DNA of 55,438 nt, from the IMG/VR virus record IMGVR_UViG_3300025658_000218, positions 1 to 55,438 of that record. One strand, written 5' to 3'. The notes below the pieces were generated by a model. That model saw only the letters and a program-made list of their open reading frames with translations, did not search any database and was not told the DNA's origin. Source of the DNA: a virus (taxonomy: Duplodnaviria > Caudoviricetes). Both the position numbers and the translations under genes were made by a program. Positions 44,634 through 54,450 of the stretch are shown piece after piece; position 1 is the first letter of the stretch, and each line of letters starts with the position of its first letter.

Positions 44634-44646
44634 TTACTACATACTC

Positions 44647-45714
44647 CTATTTAAATTGTTCTGCAAATGGATCAAATTCAGCACCGCACTTCATAGCACA
44701 CACTTTTAACTTGCCGTCGCCACAACTAGGCTTTGCCCAGCTGTCTTGTATACGTTCAAATATGCCTGTAGCAAACACTGCCTCTAGACCGTTCCGTGCT
44801 TGTAGGGCGCTTATATCAGGTATAAAGTCCCATATCTGTTCTACTTTAGGATCTTTGTGCCACCATTTGTACATACGTCCAGCAGTCCAACAACATGGTA
44901 ACGCCAACCCTTCTGCTGTAATAAACAAACTGTTTTCTTTCTTTACTTTGCAAACTACCGGTGCTGCATCATAATACGCATCCATACTGCCGTACTTGTT
45001 TTTAATTACATCTAATTTAGATAGTGCTTTGTTTTGATATTTTTGATCTGGTTTTTTAAGTTCTGCCGACTTGTTGCCCTTACGATCAACTGCTTGATGC
45101 GAGTCTTTCTTTTTTGAATCTTGTGTAACAAAACGACCTGTTTTTTTCTTCATAAACTTTTCACATCCCCAAGCAGTAGCAAGTGCTTCTGCTTCTTCAA
45201 CTTGATGTTGATTGTGTTCAAAGATTAAAAAGTCCCAACGAGCTCTGCCGCCTGCTGCTATAAACGCTTTCATATTACGCTCTACATTGCTCCATACAAC
45301 ACCTTGACGATATATATGGTTAGTGTCACTGAGACCGTCAACCGAAAAAATAACAGCGCCCATTCTACCAAGGCACGTAGCCAAGTCTCTCCACCATTCT
45401 TCATTTTTTGCTCCTGCATTAGTATTCATACTAAGCCACATTTTTTCATTATGTAATCTAAAGTATTTGAATATTTCCAATGTATCTTTAGCAACAATAG
45501 GATCTCCTAGGTTGCCACACATGTACATTGTGTCTAGTTGTGCAATAAATGAAGGCGTAAATATTTTTTTACAATCCTCTAGTGAGAGCTCATCTAAATT
45601 TATATGTGGGTTGATGCCTTTGCCGTTCATGTTTCGATCACACATAGGACAATTGGCTTGACAGTTTTGCGTTACTTCTAAATGGATTGCTTTAATATCT
45701 TTATAGTTGTACAT
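44647..45714 (-). CDS. radical SAM protein with C-terminal SPASM/twitch domain
   Basis: CQANCPMC, CGNLGDP, NTNAG, SVDG; C-terminal C...ITAEG..LPCC...C...CG; start moved to 45714. Confidence 0.9.
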   Translation of the reverse strand: MYNYKDIKAIHLEVTQNCQANCPMCDRNMNGKGINPHINLDELSLEDCKKIFTPSFIAQLDTMYMCGNLGDPIVAKDTLEIFKYFRLHNEKMWLSMNTNAGAKNEEWWRDLATCLGRMGAVIFSVDGLSDTNHIYRQGVVWSNVERNMKAFIAAGGRARWDFLIFEHNQHQVEEAEALATAWGCEKFMKKKTGRFVTQDSKKKDSHQAVDRKGNKSAELKKPDQKYQNKALSKLDVIKNKYGSMDAYYDAAPVVCKVKKENSLFITAEGLALPCCWTAGRMYKWWHKDPKVEQIWDFIPDISALQARNGLEAVFATGIFERIQDSWAKPSCGDGKLKVCAMKCGAEFDPFAEQFK

Positions 45715-46279
45715 ATTGCACATACTCGTCGACATTAGGTTTTATATGTGGTCGAATATTAGGCATTTGTTTTTTATAAACCGGACAATAATATGTTTCA
45801 CTACTAGATTTGTATCCAATACCTATAAGCTGTAATGGCCTATATCCTAAAACTTCCTTAGCAAGGTCTTCGTAATTTATACATCTGCATAATCCAGTAT
45901 CTAAACCTAACGCAGACGCTGTATAAGAAATTGTAGCAACAGCAATACCAATGTCTAAATACATGTCTGACTTGCTAGGTTTACTTTGATTTCTGCGCTG
46001 GTCTGAAAACGATATTAGCCAAGGTGCTAATACCTGAGGATTATATCTTCCTGTAGGTTTTGATTCGTGAGTATCTGCTTTACACGCTTTGTAAATTTGT
46101 AATCTTTTATCAAAGTTACTGTTATCTATAATATCAATATTATACCTAACCTCACTTTGTTTAGATGGACTACAATCATGTAAAATTTTTATTATTTCAT
46201 CTATTTTTTCTTTTGGTGGTATGGTATCTAACCACGAAGATATATTTCTTCTGTCGTATAAAGCGTCTTTAAAATCCAT
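45701..46279 (-). CDS. nitroreductase-family flavoprotein
   Basis: RRNI, SPSKQ, DIGIA......A..LGLDTGLC.C, IGIGY. Confidence 0.75.
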   Translation of the reverse strand: MDFKDALYDRRNISSWLDTIPPKEKIDEIIKILHDCSPSKQSEVRYNIDIIDNSNFDKRLQIYKACKADTHESKPTGRYNPQVLAPWLISFSDQRRNQSKPSKSDMYLDIGIAVATISYTASALGLDTGLCRCINYEDLAKEVLGYRPLQLIGIGYKSSSETYYCPVYKKQMPNIRPHIKPNVDEYVQYVQL

Positions 46280-46281
46280 TA

Positions 46282-46503
46282 CTACTCCGATACTAACTTA
46301 ACATTTTTACCCGGACCTACTTTACTCGGAAGTCCGCCGTATTCCTTTACATACCATTCAATAACTGCTTTGTACCAGTTATGACTATTATGGTGTGCTT
46401 GTTTATTAAACTGCCAAATATTGTTATTTGTAGCTTGTATTGTAGTTAGCGCACGAGCACTTTCTGTCTGTAGTTGTCTGACTGTAAGATTACTTATATC
46501 CAA
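46282..46503 (-). CDS. hypothetical protein
   Basis: 73 aa, overlaps the upstream gene end. Confidence 0.6.
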   Translation of the reverse strand: MDISNLTVRQLQTESARALTTIQATNNNIWQFNKQAHHNSHNWYKAVIEWYVKEYGGLPSKVGPGKNVKLVSE

Positions 46504-47464
46504 TTAACATAAACCTCCTATACTTGGGCAAATCAAATTCACCACTGTATAAAATATTATTCATAGGTGCTTTTACTACAAACTCTTCTATACTTCCAAC
46601 ACAATTAACGTGTTCTTCAATTTCATAATAATCATTGCTTTGTAATACAACTAATTTACCTTCTGGTATTAAATCATACCATTCTGCAAAGTTTTCAATG
46701 TGTTCACAACTTGTATTTATAATTGTATCTGGTTGATCAGTAAGTGCTTGAACACTACCGTCGTGCCTAGTAACATTATAAGTATGAACTACATAATTAA
46801 TGTTATGAATATCTTCTGTGCTTGCTTGAAATTGCCAATCTTCCATTAACCATGGTTTGTTAAAAACTTTTGCAATATCTATGCAACTAGGATCAATATC
46901 AAAAGATCTAACTTTATCTACGTTGATGTTACTTTCAAACAACATTGTAGCAAGAGTAGCATACCAGCCTGCACACAAAAACACAATGCCGAGATCTACA
47001 TTACATTTTTTAAGTTCTTGCACTAACCAAAGTTTGCTTTTTAATTGTCCTCTGCTAAAACAGTCATTCCAAATTTTTGTTTCGTTAACAAAGAAGTTTT
47101 TAAATGCTGCTGTAAATTGTGTGTTAACATACCTATCAAGTATAGGCCAAAGTTTCCATGTATTATCTTCTAATACAAGCTTTCTGAGATCTTCGTCATC
47201 GATTAATCTAAATATACTATGTAAATTTTGTTCTAAAACTGCTTTACGCAAATCTTCAATATCTTCTGTAACATTGCCTTCAATTAATCTAAATATACTA
47301 TGTAAATTTTGTTCTAAAACTGCTTTGCGCAACTCTTCGTCGCTATTAGTCAATCTAAACAAGCTACTTAAATCATAATCTATATAAGCACGGCGAAGAT
47401 CTGATAACTTTGAATTAGTCGGATATAATAATTCAAATCTATCTAATAGTTCAAATGTCTCCAT
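46490..47464 (-). CDS. putative SAM-dependent methyltransferase with N-terminal helical repeats
   Basis: SK.WL, CAGWYA, SFDIDP, IINTSCEH, LQSNDY, RFMLIG; start moved to 47464. Confidence 0.65.
   Translation of the reverse strand: METFELLDRFELLYPTNSKLSDLRRAYIDYDLSSLFRLTNSDEELRKAVLEQNLHSIFRLIEGNVTEDIEDLRKAVLEQNLHSIFRLIDDEDLRKLVLEDNTWKLWPILDRYVNTQFTAAFKNFFVNETKIWNDCFSRGQLKSKLWLVQELKKCNVDLGIVFLCAGWYATLATMLFESNINVDKVRSFDIDPSCIDIAKVFNKPWLMEDWQFQASTEDIHNINYVVHTYNVTRHDGSVQALTDQPDTIINTSCEHIENFAEWYDLIPEGKLVVLQSNDYYEIEEHVNCVGSIEEFVVKAPMNNILYSGEFDLPKYRRFMLIGYK
47202..47326. repeat. 44 bp exact direct repeat with 81 bp period (intragenic)
   Basis: ATTAATCTAAATATACTATGTAAATTTTGTTCTAAAACTGCTTT at 47202-47245 and 47283-47326; encodes KAVLEQNLHSIFRLI twice. 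Confidence 0.9.
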
Positions 47465-48131
47465 TGAACTTTTCCAGTAGCCAATCAAAATCATTTATTC
47501 TACGCAAATCTTCAGGGGAATCGGCATACTTTTCACCGTATTTTTTGCCGTGAATAGCCCCTTGAATTGCATATTCTCCGTAAGGACGGTCTTTTCCTAC
47601 TGTCTGCCAGATGTGTAAACGACTTTCTGTTTCTTCATTCTTTTGTCTATCAATTATCTTTGAACTTAGTTTACAACATTCTCTAAATGCACTTTTCCAT
47701 GTTTCGAATGGTCCAGTATTAAATGCAGTTACGTTTGATAACTGTGGCATTGCTTTAAATTTACCTGTAATACTTGTGGTCATATCAGGCTTACTAGTAT
47801 CCATATGTATAGTCATACGTCTTGGAAAAAGTTTAATTCCCCCATAGCCATATACTAAATCATTAACTGGGTTTTTACTACGCCATACATGCACATGATC
47901 TTGTTGGTGACTAGGTACTTCATAGTCAAAATTAAAGTCATCCATAATCACAGCATCGCCGTCTACAATCCAAAACATCTTTGTAAAACATTTCTTTGCA
48001 GCAGCAATATGTGCTTGATGTATTCCTTTAACACCGTGTATGCGCTTGGCATTAGGAAACCTACTTTTAAGTGCTTCCCAATTATCGTCTGCATTAGGTT
48101 CTTGGTAACTTATGAAAACAATATCATACAT
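47451..48131 (-). CDS. GT-A-like glycosyltransferase
   Basis: YDIVFISYQEPNAD, HGVKGIHQAH, VDGD (DxD), YGYGGIK, W.SAFRE..KL; paralog of 54444-55373. Confidence 0.65.
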   Translation of the reverse strand: MYDIVFISYQEPNADDNWEALKSRFPNAKRIHGVKGIHQAHIAAAKKCFTKMFWIVDGDAVIMDDFNFDYEVPSHQQDHVHVWRSKNPVNDLVYGYGGIKLFPRRMTIHMDTSKPDMTTSITGKFKAMPQLSNVTAFNTGPFETWKSAFRECCKLSSKIIDRQKNEETESRLHIWQTVGKDRPYGEYAIQGAIHGKKYGEKYADSPEDLRRINDFDWLLEKFNGDI

Positions 48132-48137
48132 TTGTTT

Positions 48138-48166
48138 ATTATACTACCTTTTATTGTTTTTGTCTA
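48138..48166 (-). promoter_or_regulatory. sigma70 promoter, probable leaderless transcript
   Basis: Minus strand TAGACA-17 bp-TATAAT, then 6 nt to the ATG at 48131; no SD. Confidence 0.62.
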
Positions 48167-48174
48167 GTATTTTA

Positions 48175-49707
48175 TTAATAATTATTTTCTAATTCTTCAA
48201 ACATTTTCATACCAAGGTACCAGAGAAATATACCAAACGGCGACTTGTGTAAAGGGCTCATATTCCAAAATATAATAGGTATTAATTGTTGGACTTTCTT
48301 ATAATCCCATCCTTTTGAGTATACAAATTCTTTTAACAGTTGTTGATAAGTATCAATCTCATCTATATTTGGAATTTTAATAGTAACTTCTGTTCCAGTT
48401 ATTTCAAAATCAAAATTATAGTTTTTTATACTTGCATAATTGACTATAAATCCTCCGGCCATTTTTGCTAAGTCATAATATATATCTCCGTAGTCAACTG
48501 TGTCAGCAAAATCATGCCGCCAGTCAATTAATATAAAGTCTCCAGAGTTGTTTATAATAATATTGTCGAATTGTAAATCGCCGTGTATAAACCCGGGTAT
48601 CGTATTAGTTGAAAGATATTGCCAGTCAATGTTATCTAAGTATTCTAGATGTGATTTTATCTGTATGCCATTTACATGGGTTATATTCTGTAATACAGGA
48701 TGCTTATCTAGGAACTTTTCTATCCTACGTATTGTCTTGTCTTTATAAAATAGCATAGCTGATTGCGACAAATCATTGTTTACAGTTGTCCAAACATTGT
48801 TGTCGAGCCAATTTAATAATTTGTTAAATACTACTGGATTATTAAACGAGTATAATGTTTGTCCCTGGACAAAATCATAAGCCATGAACTGCCCTTTAAC
48901 TAAACAATTTGAAGGGAATACTTTAGGATTTAATTCAGGCTTGCAATTTTTCTTTTTTGAAACAGTGCTATCGTGCCACCACTTTACTACACGATTATTA
49001 CAAATATAAGTAACTTCGTCTTTTTTACTAAAATCAAACTTTTGACTTTTTGCTACTGCTGTTTGATATAATGTAGGACTGCCAAAATCCAACCAACTGT
49101 TTAATGTTTTACACATGGTGCCAGGTTGTATTAGTTGTATAAATTCATTATCGTTTAGTTCGGTCAATTTAGCGAAAAAGTTTTCCCATTCACTAATATA
49201 CATTAGGCCTGTCCAAGCAGTCCAGTCGCTAGGTGCATCTTTTTTAAATGTAATTTCTTGTATTATATTACTATTTGTTTTAAACATTGTGTACAAATGA
49301 CTATCTTTTTGCGGAATATCTTTTACATAATAGCAATCATGTGTAGGAGTATTAGTAACCACAGGTTCGTTAAAAAAAGTATCACAAGTAACATACCAAA
49401 AAGAACTATTGATATAATCTTTGCATTGTAATAAAGAATAGCCTGTGCCAGCTTTATTACTTTCCCAGTCAACATCTACAAATGTAATATTTCTATCGCT
49501 ATATGCAACAGCACAAAAGTCTTTAATTTGATCTGCTAAGTATCCTACTGGCATAACAAAATGTGTGTCTATAGGAAATTGATCTATAATATGTGCAATA
49601 ACAGGCTTTTCTTTATACGGCAATAATCCTTTATTAAGATGCTTAGTATAATCGCCCATCCGAGTACCTAATCCAGCAGTTGGTAAAATTACTGTATGTT
49701 TATTCAT
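48175..49707 (-). CDS. nucleotidyltransferase fused to a choline/aminoglycoside-type kinase
   Basis: N-terminal ILPTAGLGTRM.....NKGLL; C-terminal HGDLQFDNII, LIDWR, GD.YYDLAK. Confidence 0.82.
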   Translation of the reverse strand: MNKHTVILPTAGLGTRMGDYTKHLNKGLLPYKEKPVIAHIIDQFPIDTHFVMPVGYLADQIKDFCAVAYSDRNITFVDVDWESNKAGTGYSLLQCKDYINSSFWYVTCDTFFNEPVVTNTPTHDCYYVKDIPQKDSHLYTMFKTNSNIIQEITFKKDAPSDWTAWTGLMYISEWENFFAKLTELNDNEFIQLIQPGTMCKTLNSWLDFGSPTLYQTAVAKSQKFDFSKKDEVTYICNNRVVKWWHDSTVSKKKNCKPELNPKVFPSNCLVKGQFMAYDFVQGQTLYSFNNPVVFNKLLNWLDNNVWTTVNNDLSQSAMLFYKDKTIRRIEKFLDKHPVLQNITHVNGIQIKSHLEYLDNIDWQYLSTNTIPGFIHGDLQFDNIIINNSGDFILIDWRHDFADTVDYGDIYYDLAKMAGGFIVNYASIKNYNFDFEITGTEVTIKIPNIDEIDTYQQLLKEFVYSKGWDYKKVQQLIPIIFWNMSPLHKSPFGIFLWYLGMKMFEELENNY

Positions 49708-50518
49708 TGTTCCTCTTATTCTGTTTAATTTTTTTTAATGCAATTTTTGCTGCTGCTCTATGTCCTTTGGCACTAGTATGCATACTGGGTATATCATCAG
49801 GGTACTTAATTGATAATACTCCCCAATCTATCTCCATATGATTATTATTATCAATTAATACAAATTTTTTAAACTCATCTATGGGCTCGGTACCAATAAG
49901 GTGTGGTATGTTTGCATTTTTTAAAGCAATATGACACATTGCTATTGCTCCTAAACTATGCATCTTGTTTATACGATGATCATGTATATGCTGAGCATAG
50001 TCATATAATATCTTTGTTCTACTCTTAGGCTCGTTATAAAATCTTTCATAATATCCAGTAGGAGTTTCATTTTTTGTGCCCACTACATTATCAAAATAAT
50101 CAATTACGCCAAATAAGTTTTCTGTAAAGATCTTTCCATTATAACGACTGCTATCATGCATTATATGTGTTTCGCCATCAGCCTGTGGCATATAACTTCC
50201 TGGATAATACGGAGGATATTGATGATAATTTATATCAAAGTTAGTTGGAAATTTATTATTTGTAACGGCATCGTGTGCAACCCATTCTACCCTATCATAA
50301 CTAGTATTAGTAACTAATATCATCTCAATATCATTAATATGCTCTATTGCATATAATACTTGTAAAAATATACTATAATTTGTACTGGACCCTTTGGCAA
50401 TATTTATAAGCTCTAATCCTAATTCATCGGCTACTATACTTCCGTACGGTTCGTTTTTAAGATCTCGACAACCAATTCCTTTTGCAAAACTGTCGCCACA
50501 TATTACAAGTTTTTTCAT
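49700..50518 (-). CDS. SGNH/GDSL-like protein
   Basis: CGDSFAKG, NIAKGSSTN, MHTS.KGH. Confidence 0.6.
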   Translation of the reverse strand: MKKLVICGDSFAKGIGCRDLKNEPYGSIVADELGLELINIAKGSSTNYSIFLQVLYAIEHINDIEMILVTNTSYDRVEWVAHDAVTNNKFPTNFDINYHQYPPYYPGSYMPQADGETHIMHDSSRYNGKIFTENLFGVIDYFDNVVGTKNETPTGYYERFYNEPKSRTKILYDYAQHIHDHRINKMHSLGAIAMCHIALKNANIPHLIGTEPIDEFKKFVLIDNNNHMEIDWGVLSIKYPDDIPSMHTSAKGHRAAAKIALKKIKQNKRNNE

Positions 50519-51375
50519 AATAAATTATTTTCCTTTATGTATCTTACTAATTCAGTTGCCCACGCTTCGTGCCCTGACGGGCTGGGATGCCAACCTACTA
50601 AAGGATCATCTACATTTGCTTCAATAAAACTTTTAAATGTACTATTAGGTTGGTCCTTTTTATAAAATCTCACCGGATCAACTGTATCCCATAACGTCCT
50701 AAAAACCATTTTTTTGGACTTTCTTTTACCGTTATCAGAATATGAGTAGCCACCTACGTTGTAATCAATACTCTTCAGCTCTTCTATTATGTCGAGATCT
50801 TGCCATCCATCAGGTCCTTGATGTGGCGTTTGATAAAACGCATTGTAAGATAACCATTTAATATTATGAGCATTACAAAAATTTTGAAATTGTGTTATTG
50901 CTGAGACGTGTCGTGGTATATACTCTTCCGGGTTCCACATGTGCTGAACATACATCTTCCAAAGTTTTTTCTGCTTCTTATCACCAAAGTTCTGAACCTG
51001 TGGCCATAATCTAAACTTGTTAGAAAAGTTTCCATTTTTCCACCAAAAACTATTTCTTTCAGGACTTGTCCAACCAATAATTACAAATATATCATCAGTT
51101 GATTTATTACAACTTAGATATTCTGTACTAATATATGACATTGTTCTTTCTATTATAGTTCTGTTGTCATCAGCAGGCCAACTTAGATTTACATAGTCGC
51201 AATCTAGTTGTTTTGCCATATAGTGAGGATAAATTTTAGGAATTCTGTAATAATCGTTTGCTTCCTTAAAATCGTATACTCCTGGATGGGTGCCTCGAGG
51301 GTGCTGTGCTGCTAAAACAGGGTCTGCAATTTCACATCCGAACGTCCAACTATCTCCGTCAAAGATTAATTTCAT
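50515..51375 (-). CDS. SGNH/GDSL-like protein
   Basis: DGDSWTFG, VNLS....N..I, IIGWTSPER, HPSPSGH..WA; start moved to 51375. Confidence 0.65.
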   Translation of the reverse strand: MKLIFDGDSWTFGCEIADPVLAAQHPRGTHPGVYDFKEANDYYRIPKIYPHYMAKQLDCDYVNLSWPADDNRTIIERTMSYISTEYLSCNKSTDDIFVIIGWTSPERNSFWWKNGNFSNKFRLWPQVQNFGDKKQKKLWKMYVQHMWNPEEYIPRHVSAITQFQNFCNAHNIKWLSYNAFYQTPHQGPDGWQDLDIIEELKSIDYNVGGYSYSDNGKRKSKKMVFRTLWDTVDPVRFYKKDQPNSTFKSFIEANVDDPLVGWHPSPSGHEAWATELVRYIKENNLL

Positions 51376-52181
51376 TATATGTACCACTCCTGCCAAAGTT
51401 TTTTTATTTTATCGTAGTCTTCGACAGAGTCTAGTCCCTTACCTTGCATAGTACTTCGGACTATTGCGTAATCAATTTTATAACTATCGGGATGAATATT
51501 GTGTGATATTGCATATCGATAAAGAAGCGTGCCTGGGCCTAAATGTAGTTCTGTATTAATATTAAGTTGTTTGACTGTTATTTCTGGGTTTTTGTTGTCT
51601 CTATGTTTTAAGGCATAATACTTATATAACCCTGACAGAACATCCATTGTTTTGCTGTTACCAAAAAACATAACATCGTCGAAACACTGCGTATTAAATT
51701 CAGCTGAAAATCTAGCTATTTCAGTCGCAGTATAGCATGAGCCATCATCAACATGATGATAGAACGGAAAACGTTTAGTAGGATTATATACAGTGTCAGG
51801 ACGGGCCTTTATTACAATATCATATACAAAATTGTTTTCCAATTCGTACTGTCTCTTTAGCATTATGCTATATTCAAAACTATAAAATAAAGGGTCCCAA
51901 GATGATTTCCACTCGTTACAATGATATTCTGACATATGATACGAAACTGGCTTATATGTGTCTACTAATTCGCTTATATCGTTATGCTTCTTGTCTATGT
52001 AGGTGTGTATATCTGTTTTTGGAAATCTCCATGTGTTAGTATCCCAAGTATGTATAAAATAATCTACTGATATGCCGGAATCTTTTGCCGGTGAAAAGTA
52101 AGTTAAAATATTTTTTGAAGCAAGTTTCCAATCTCGTATTTGTCCACTAAAACAAACTGCAACTCTTATTTTCTCTTTCAT
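51375..52181 (-). CDS. putative glycosyltransferase-like protein
   Basis: AVCFSGQIR, FIHTWD, FYS...S..LKR..E, YDIVIKARPD, DD..F.G.S..MD. Confidence 0.55.
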   Translation of the reverse strand: MKEKIRVAVCFSGQIRDWKLASKNILTYFSPAKDSGISVDYFIHTWDTNTWRFPKTDIHTYIDKKHNDISELVDTYKPVSYHMSEYHCNEWKSSWDPLFYSFEYSIMLKRQYELENNFVYDIVIKARPDTVYNPTKRFPFYHHVDDGSCYTATEIARFSAEFNTQCFDDVMFFGNSKTMDVLSGLYKYYALKHRDNKNPEITVKQLNINTELHLGPGTLLYRYAISHNIHPDSYKIDYAIVRSTMQGKGLDSVEDYDKIKKLWQEWYI

Positions 52182-53050
52182 GATATTTCATAACCTCCGA
52201 GCGGTCCGAAACCAAAATCTTGTTTTAATTTAACATATTCTGAGTCTCGAACTATTTTAGGATCATCAGATATTGTATCTATTGATATGTTAAACATTTT
52301 TGCATAAAAATATAATAGATGTTCTGGAGCTGCATCTGATGTCTGAGATATAGCTCTAGATCCTAATGTCGGCAACCACTGATAGAAATTTGACATCTTA
52401 TCAAATGTTGGACTATCAGCATACCAAAATATATCACCTAGTCTCCTTTTAAACCACATTACATCATCTATTCCAGTATGACAAGAATAAACTGTATTAA
52501 ATTTAGGGTTTAACAGATTTTCTATAGACAGAGCTGATAAACTTTTTTTGAAATAGAGATCATTTCTCATACGAACACACACATCGTAATTAAAATTATG
52601 TTTTATTTCATGCATTCTTTTTAAATGTGCAGAATACATGACTGAATAAAATTGTGGTGACATCCACGCATTACTGCATTCACCGTAAAGACACTTTGTG
52701 TCAAGTGCTTGCTGATCAAGTGTCTGCTGCGTTGAGTTCTTAGATGCTGTTATATTACTAATTTTGTAATCTACCGGATTAAGTTGTTTAATATAATTAC
52801 CTATTTCGGCGTTAGATAATACAGATGCGTTATCGATAATATTATTACCATATTTCTCAGTAGCAATACTTTGCTGCAAGGTATTGTGATCCCAAATATG
52901 ACAAAATACGTCAATTTCAGTTATACCATATGTTTTTTCTAGATTTTTAAATAACTTTTTCCAATTCATTATGCATCTGTTCCATGTACGAAGTTGTCCA
53001 CTAAAACAAAATGCAACTTTTATATTTTTTTTATTTAGTTTATCACTCAT
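52178..53050 (-). CDS. putative glycosyltransferase-like protein (paralog of 51375-52181)
   Basis: AFCFSGQLR, FCHIWD, QFYS...S..LKR..E, YDVCVRMRND, D.FWY..S..FD. Confidence 0.55.
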   Translation of the reverse strand: MSDKLNKKNIKVAFCFSGQLRTWNRCIMNWKKLFKNLEKTYGITEIDVFCHIWDHNTLQQSIATEKYGNNIIDNASVLSNAEIGNYIKQLNPVDYKISNITASKNSTQQTLDQQALDTKCLYGECSNAWMSPQFYSVMYSAHLKRMHEIKHNFNYDVCVRMRNDLYFKKSLSALSIENLLNPKFNTVYSCHTGIDDVMWFKRRLGDIFWYADSPTFDKMSNFYQWLPTLGSRAISQTSDAAPEHLLYFYAKMFNISIDTISDDPKIVRDSEYVKLKQDFGFGPLGGYEIS

Positions 53051-54450
53051 AGTTTAGACCACTTATAATATTCTTCTTCCATTTCAGGGAACGTTTTAAG
53101 AAAATTAGTTCCGCGCCTTCTGTCATGCTCATTAACAAACTTAATAAAGTTTAATCGATTTTCTATAACATGTGGTTTAGTTTCATGTGTTTCATCTATA
53201 TATGTAATGATCTCATATAGTCTTTTAAATTTATCTGCTTCCCACTGATAAAATCTATTATTTGCGGTACCATACCATGTTGGATTTTCAACATTTTCAT
53301 GTACATACGTTACTTGGTCGTATACATACTTTTTAAATTTTTCTGGCATAATGAAAATAGCTTGGTGTGGAGGATGTCTCAAAAATGGAACATCGAGAAT
53401 CATAGGATGAAGTCTTACATCGTGTCCGCCGTATTCTTGCTTTATATCAAGAATATCTTTGCTAAACTCTTTAAAACTAAACAAACTTAAAAAGTTATAG
53501 GTACTCATACATGTAAAAGAACAATTTGGTACTTCTCTTAACACCCGATGAATATTGTCTAACCATTGATTATAATTTAAACCATGACGTATATATTCAG
53601 CCTGAGCTCCATGTGCTTCGGCACTTGTAAATATTTTAAACTTCTTTACTTTACCTTCGTTACAGATAATTTTAATTTTTTCAATAAAATTATTAAATAC
53701 TGCATCTGGTATACACATATTACTGTTAATTGACACTTCTAGATTAGGCTTAGGATTTGCTATTAGATCATCTAAAACTTTAAAAGTATCTTTAGCAAGT
53801 AATGGCTCGCCGCCGGTAATTCTAAAGTGATGTAAGTCCTTTGAAACATCAGGCCACCATTTCCAAAATGCTTCGACATAAGGATTATGTTCTCTATTTG
53901 GAATAGGCATCGAATTTGTTTCACGCAAATAATCTAAATTATTAAATTTAGTTGAAGTTGGATATGGGCCATGTTGTTGTATTTCTTCCATCCACTTACT
54001 ACTAACCTGTGGAGAACAATATGAGCATTTAAAATTACAAACACTACTAAAGCTGACTTCAAGATAGCTCGGGTTAACATTATCGTCCCACGGCTTGGAT
54101 ACAATATCTTCTAGGTATGACTGAGACCAAGGCTCAGCTGATTTATATGTTCTGTCGCTTAAACTATCGCTACCGGAATCTTCCACACGCCAGCAATAAT
54201 CACATTCGTTGGGGCGGTCGCCTTCTAGCATCTTTTTACGCTGTTGTTTTTTAAAATTAGTATTATGTAATGCGCTAGGGTTATCTTTTAATTCTTCAAT
54301 AGGTATCTTGTGTGGCGCTGGATGGTGACAACTATGTGTATGTCCATTATGAAGATGTATTGTTACTTGCTTCCATTTTGCTATACAAAATGAACAACTT
54401 ACTTTATCTAATTTTTCTTTTTTAAAAGTATGTATATCTGTCATTAACAT
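53047..54450 (-). CDS. radical SAM protein with N-terminal twitch-like domain
   Basis: FCIAKW...G..HSCHH...CDYC..VE, CNFKCSYC, TGGEPL, NSN. Confidence 0.9.
   Translation of the reverse strand: MLMTDIHTFKKEKLDKVSCSFCIAKWKQVTIHLHNGHTHSCHHPAPHKIPIEELKDNPSALHNTNFKKQQRKKMLEGDRPNECDYCWRVEDSGSDSLSDRTYKSAEPWSQSYLEDIVSKPWDDNVNPSYLEVSFSSVCNFKCSYCSPQVSSKWMEEIQQHGPYPTSTKFNNLDYLRETNSMPIPNREHNPYVEAFWKWWPDVSKDLHHFRITGGEPLLAKDTFKVLDDLIANPKPNLEVSINSNMCIPDAVFNNFIEKIKIICNEGKVKKFKIFTSAEAHGAQAEYIRHGLNYNQWLDNIHRVLREVPNCSFTCMSTYNFLSLFSFKEFSKDILDIKQEYGGHDVRLHPMILDVPFLRHPPHQAIFIMPEKFKKYVYDQVTYVHENVENPTWYGTANNRFYQWEADKFKRLYEIITYIDETHETKPHVIENRLNFIKFVNEHDRRRGTNFLKTFPEMEEEYYKWSKL

Noticed and set aside
47202-47326. CRISPR-like repeat-spacer-repeat (44 bp repeat, 37 bp gap)
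   Set aside because: There are only two copies, they are in frame within a coding gene and match a protein repeat, and no cas genes are present.
36486-47378. Long + strand ORFs (36486-36989, 38081-38500, 46857-47378) opposite island genes
   Set aside because: They are antisense shadows of motif-bearing minus-strand genes.
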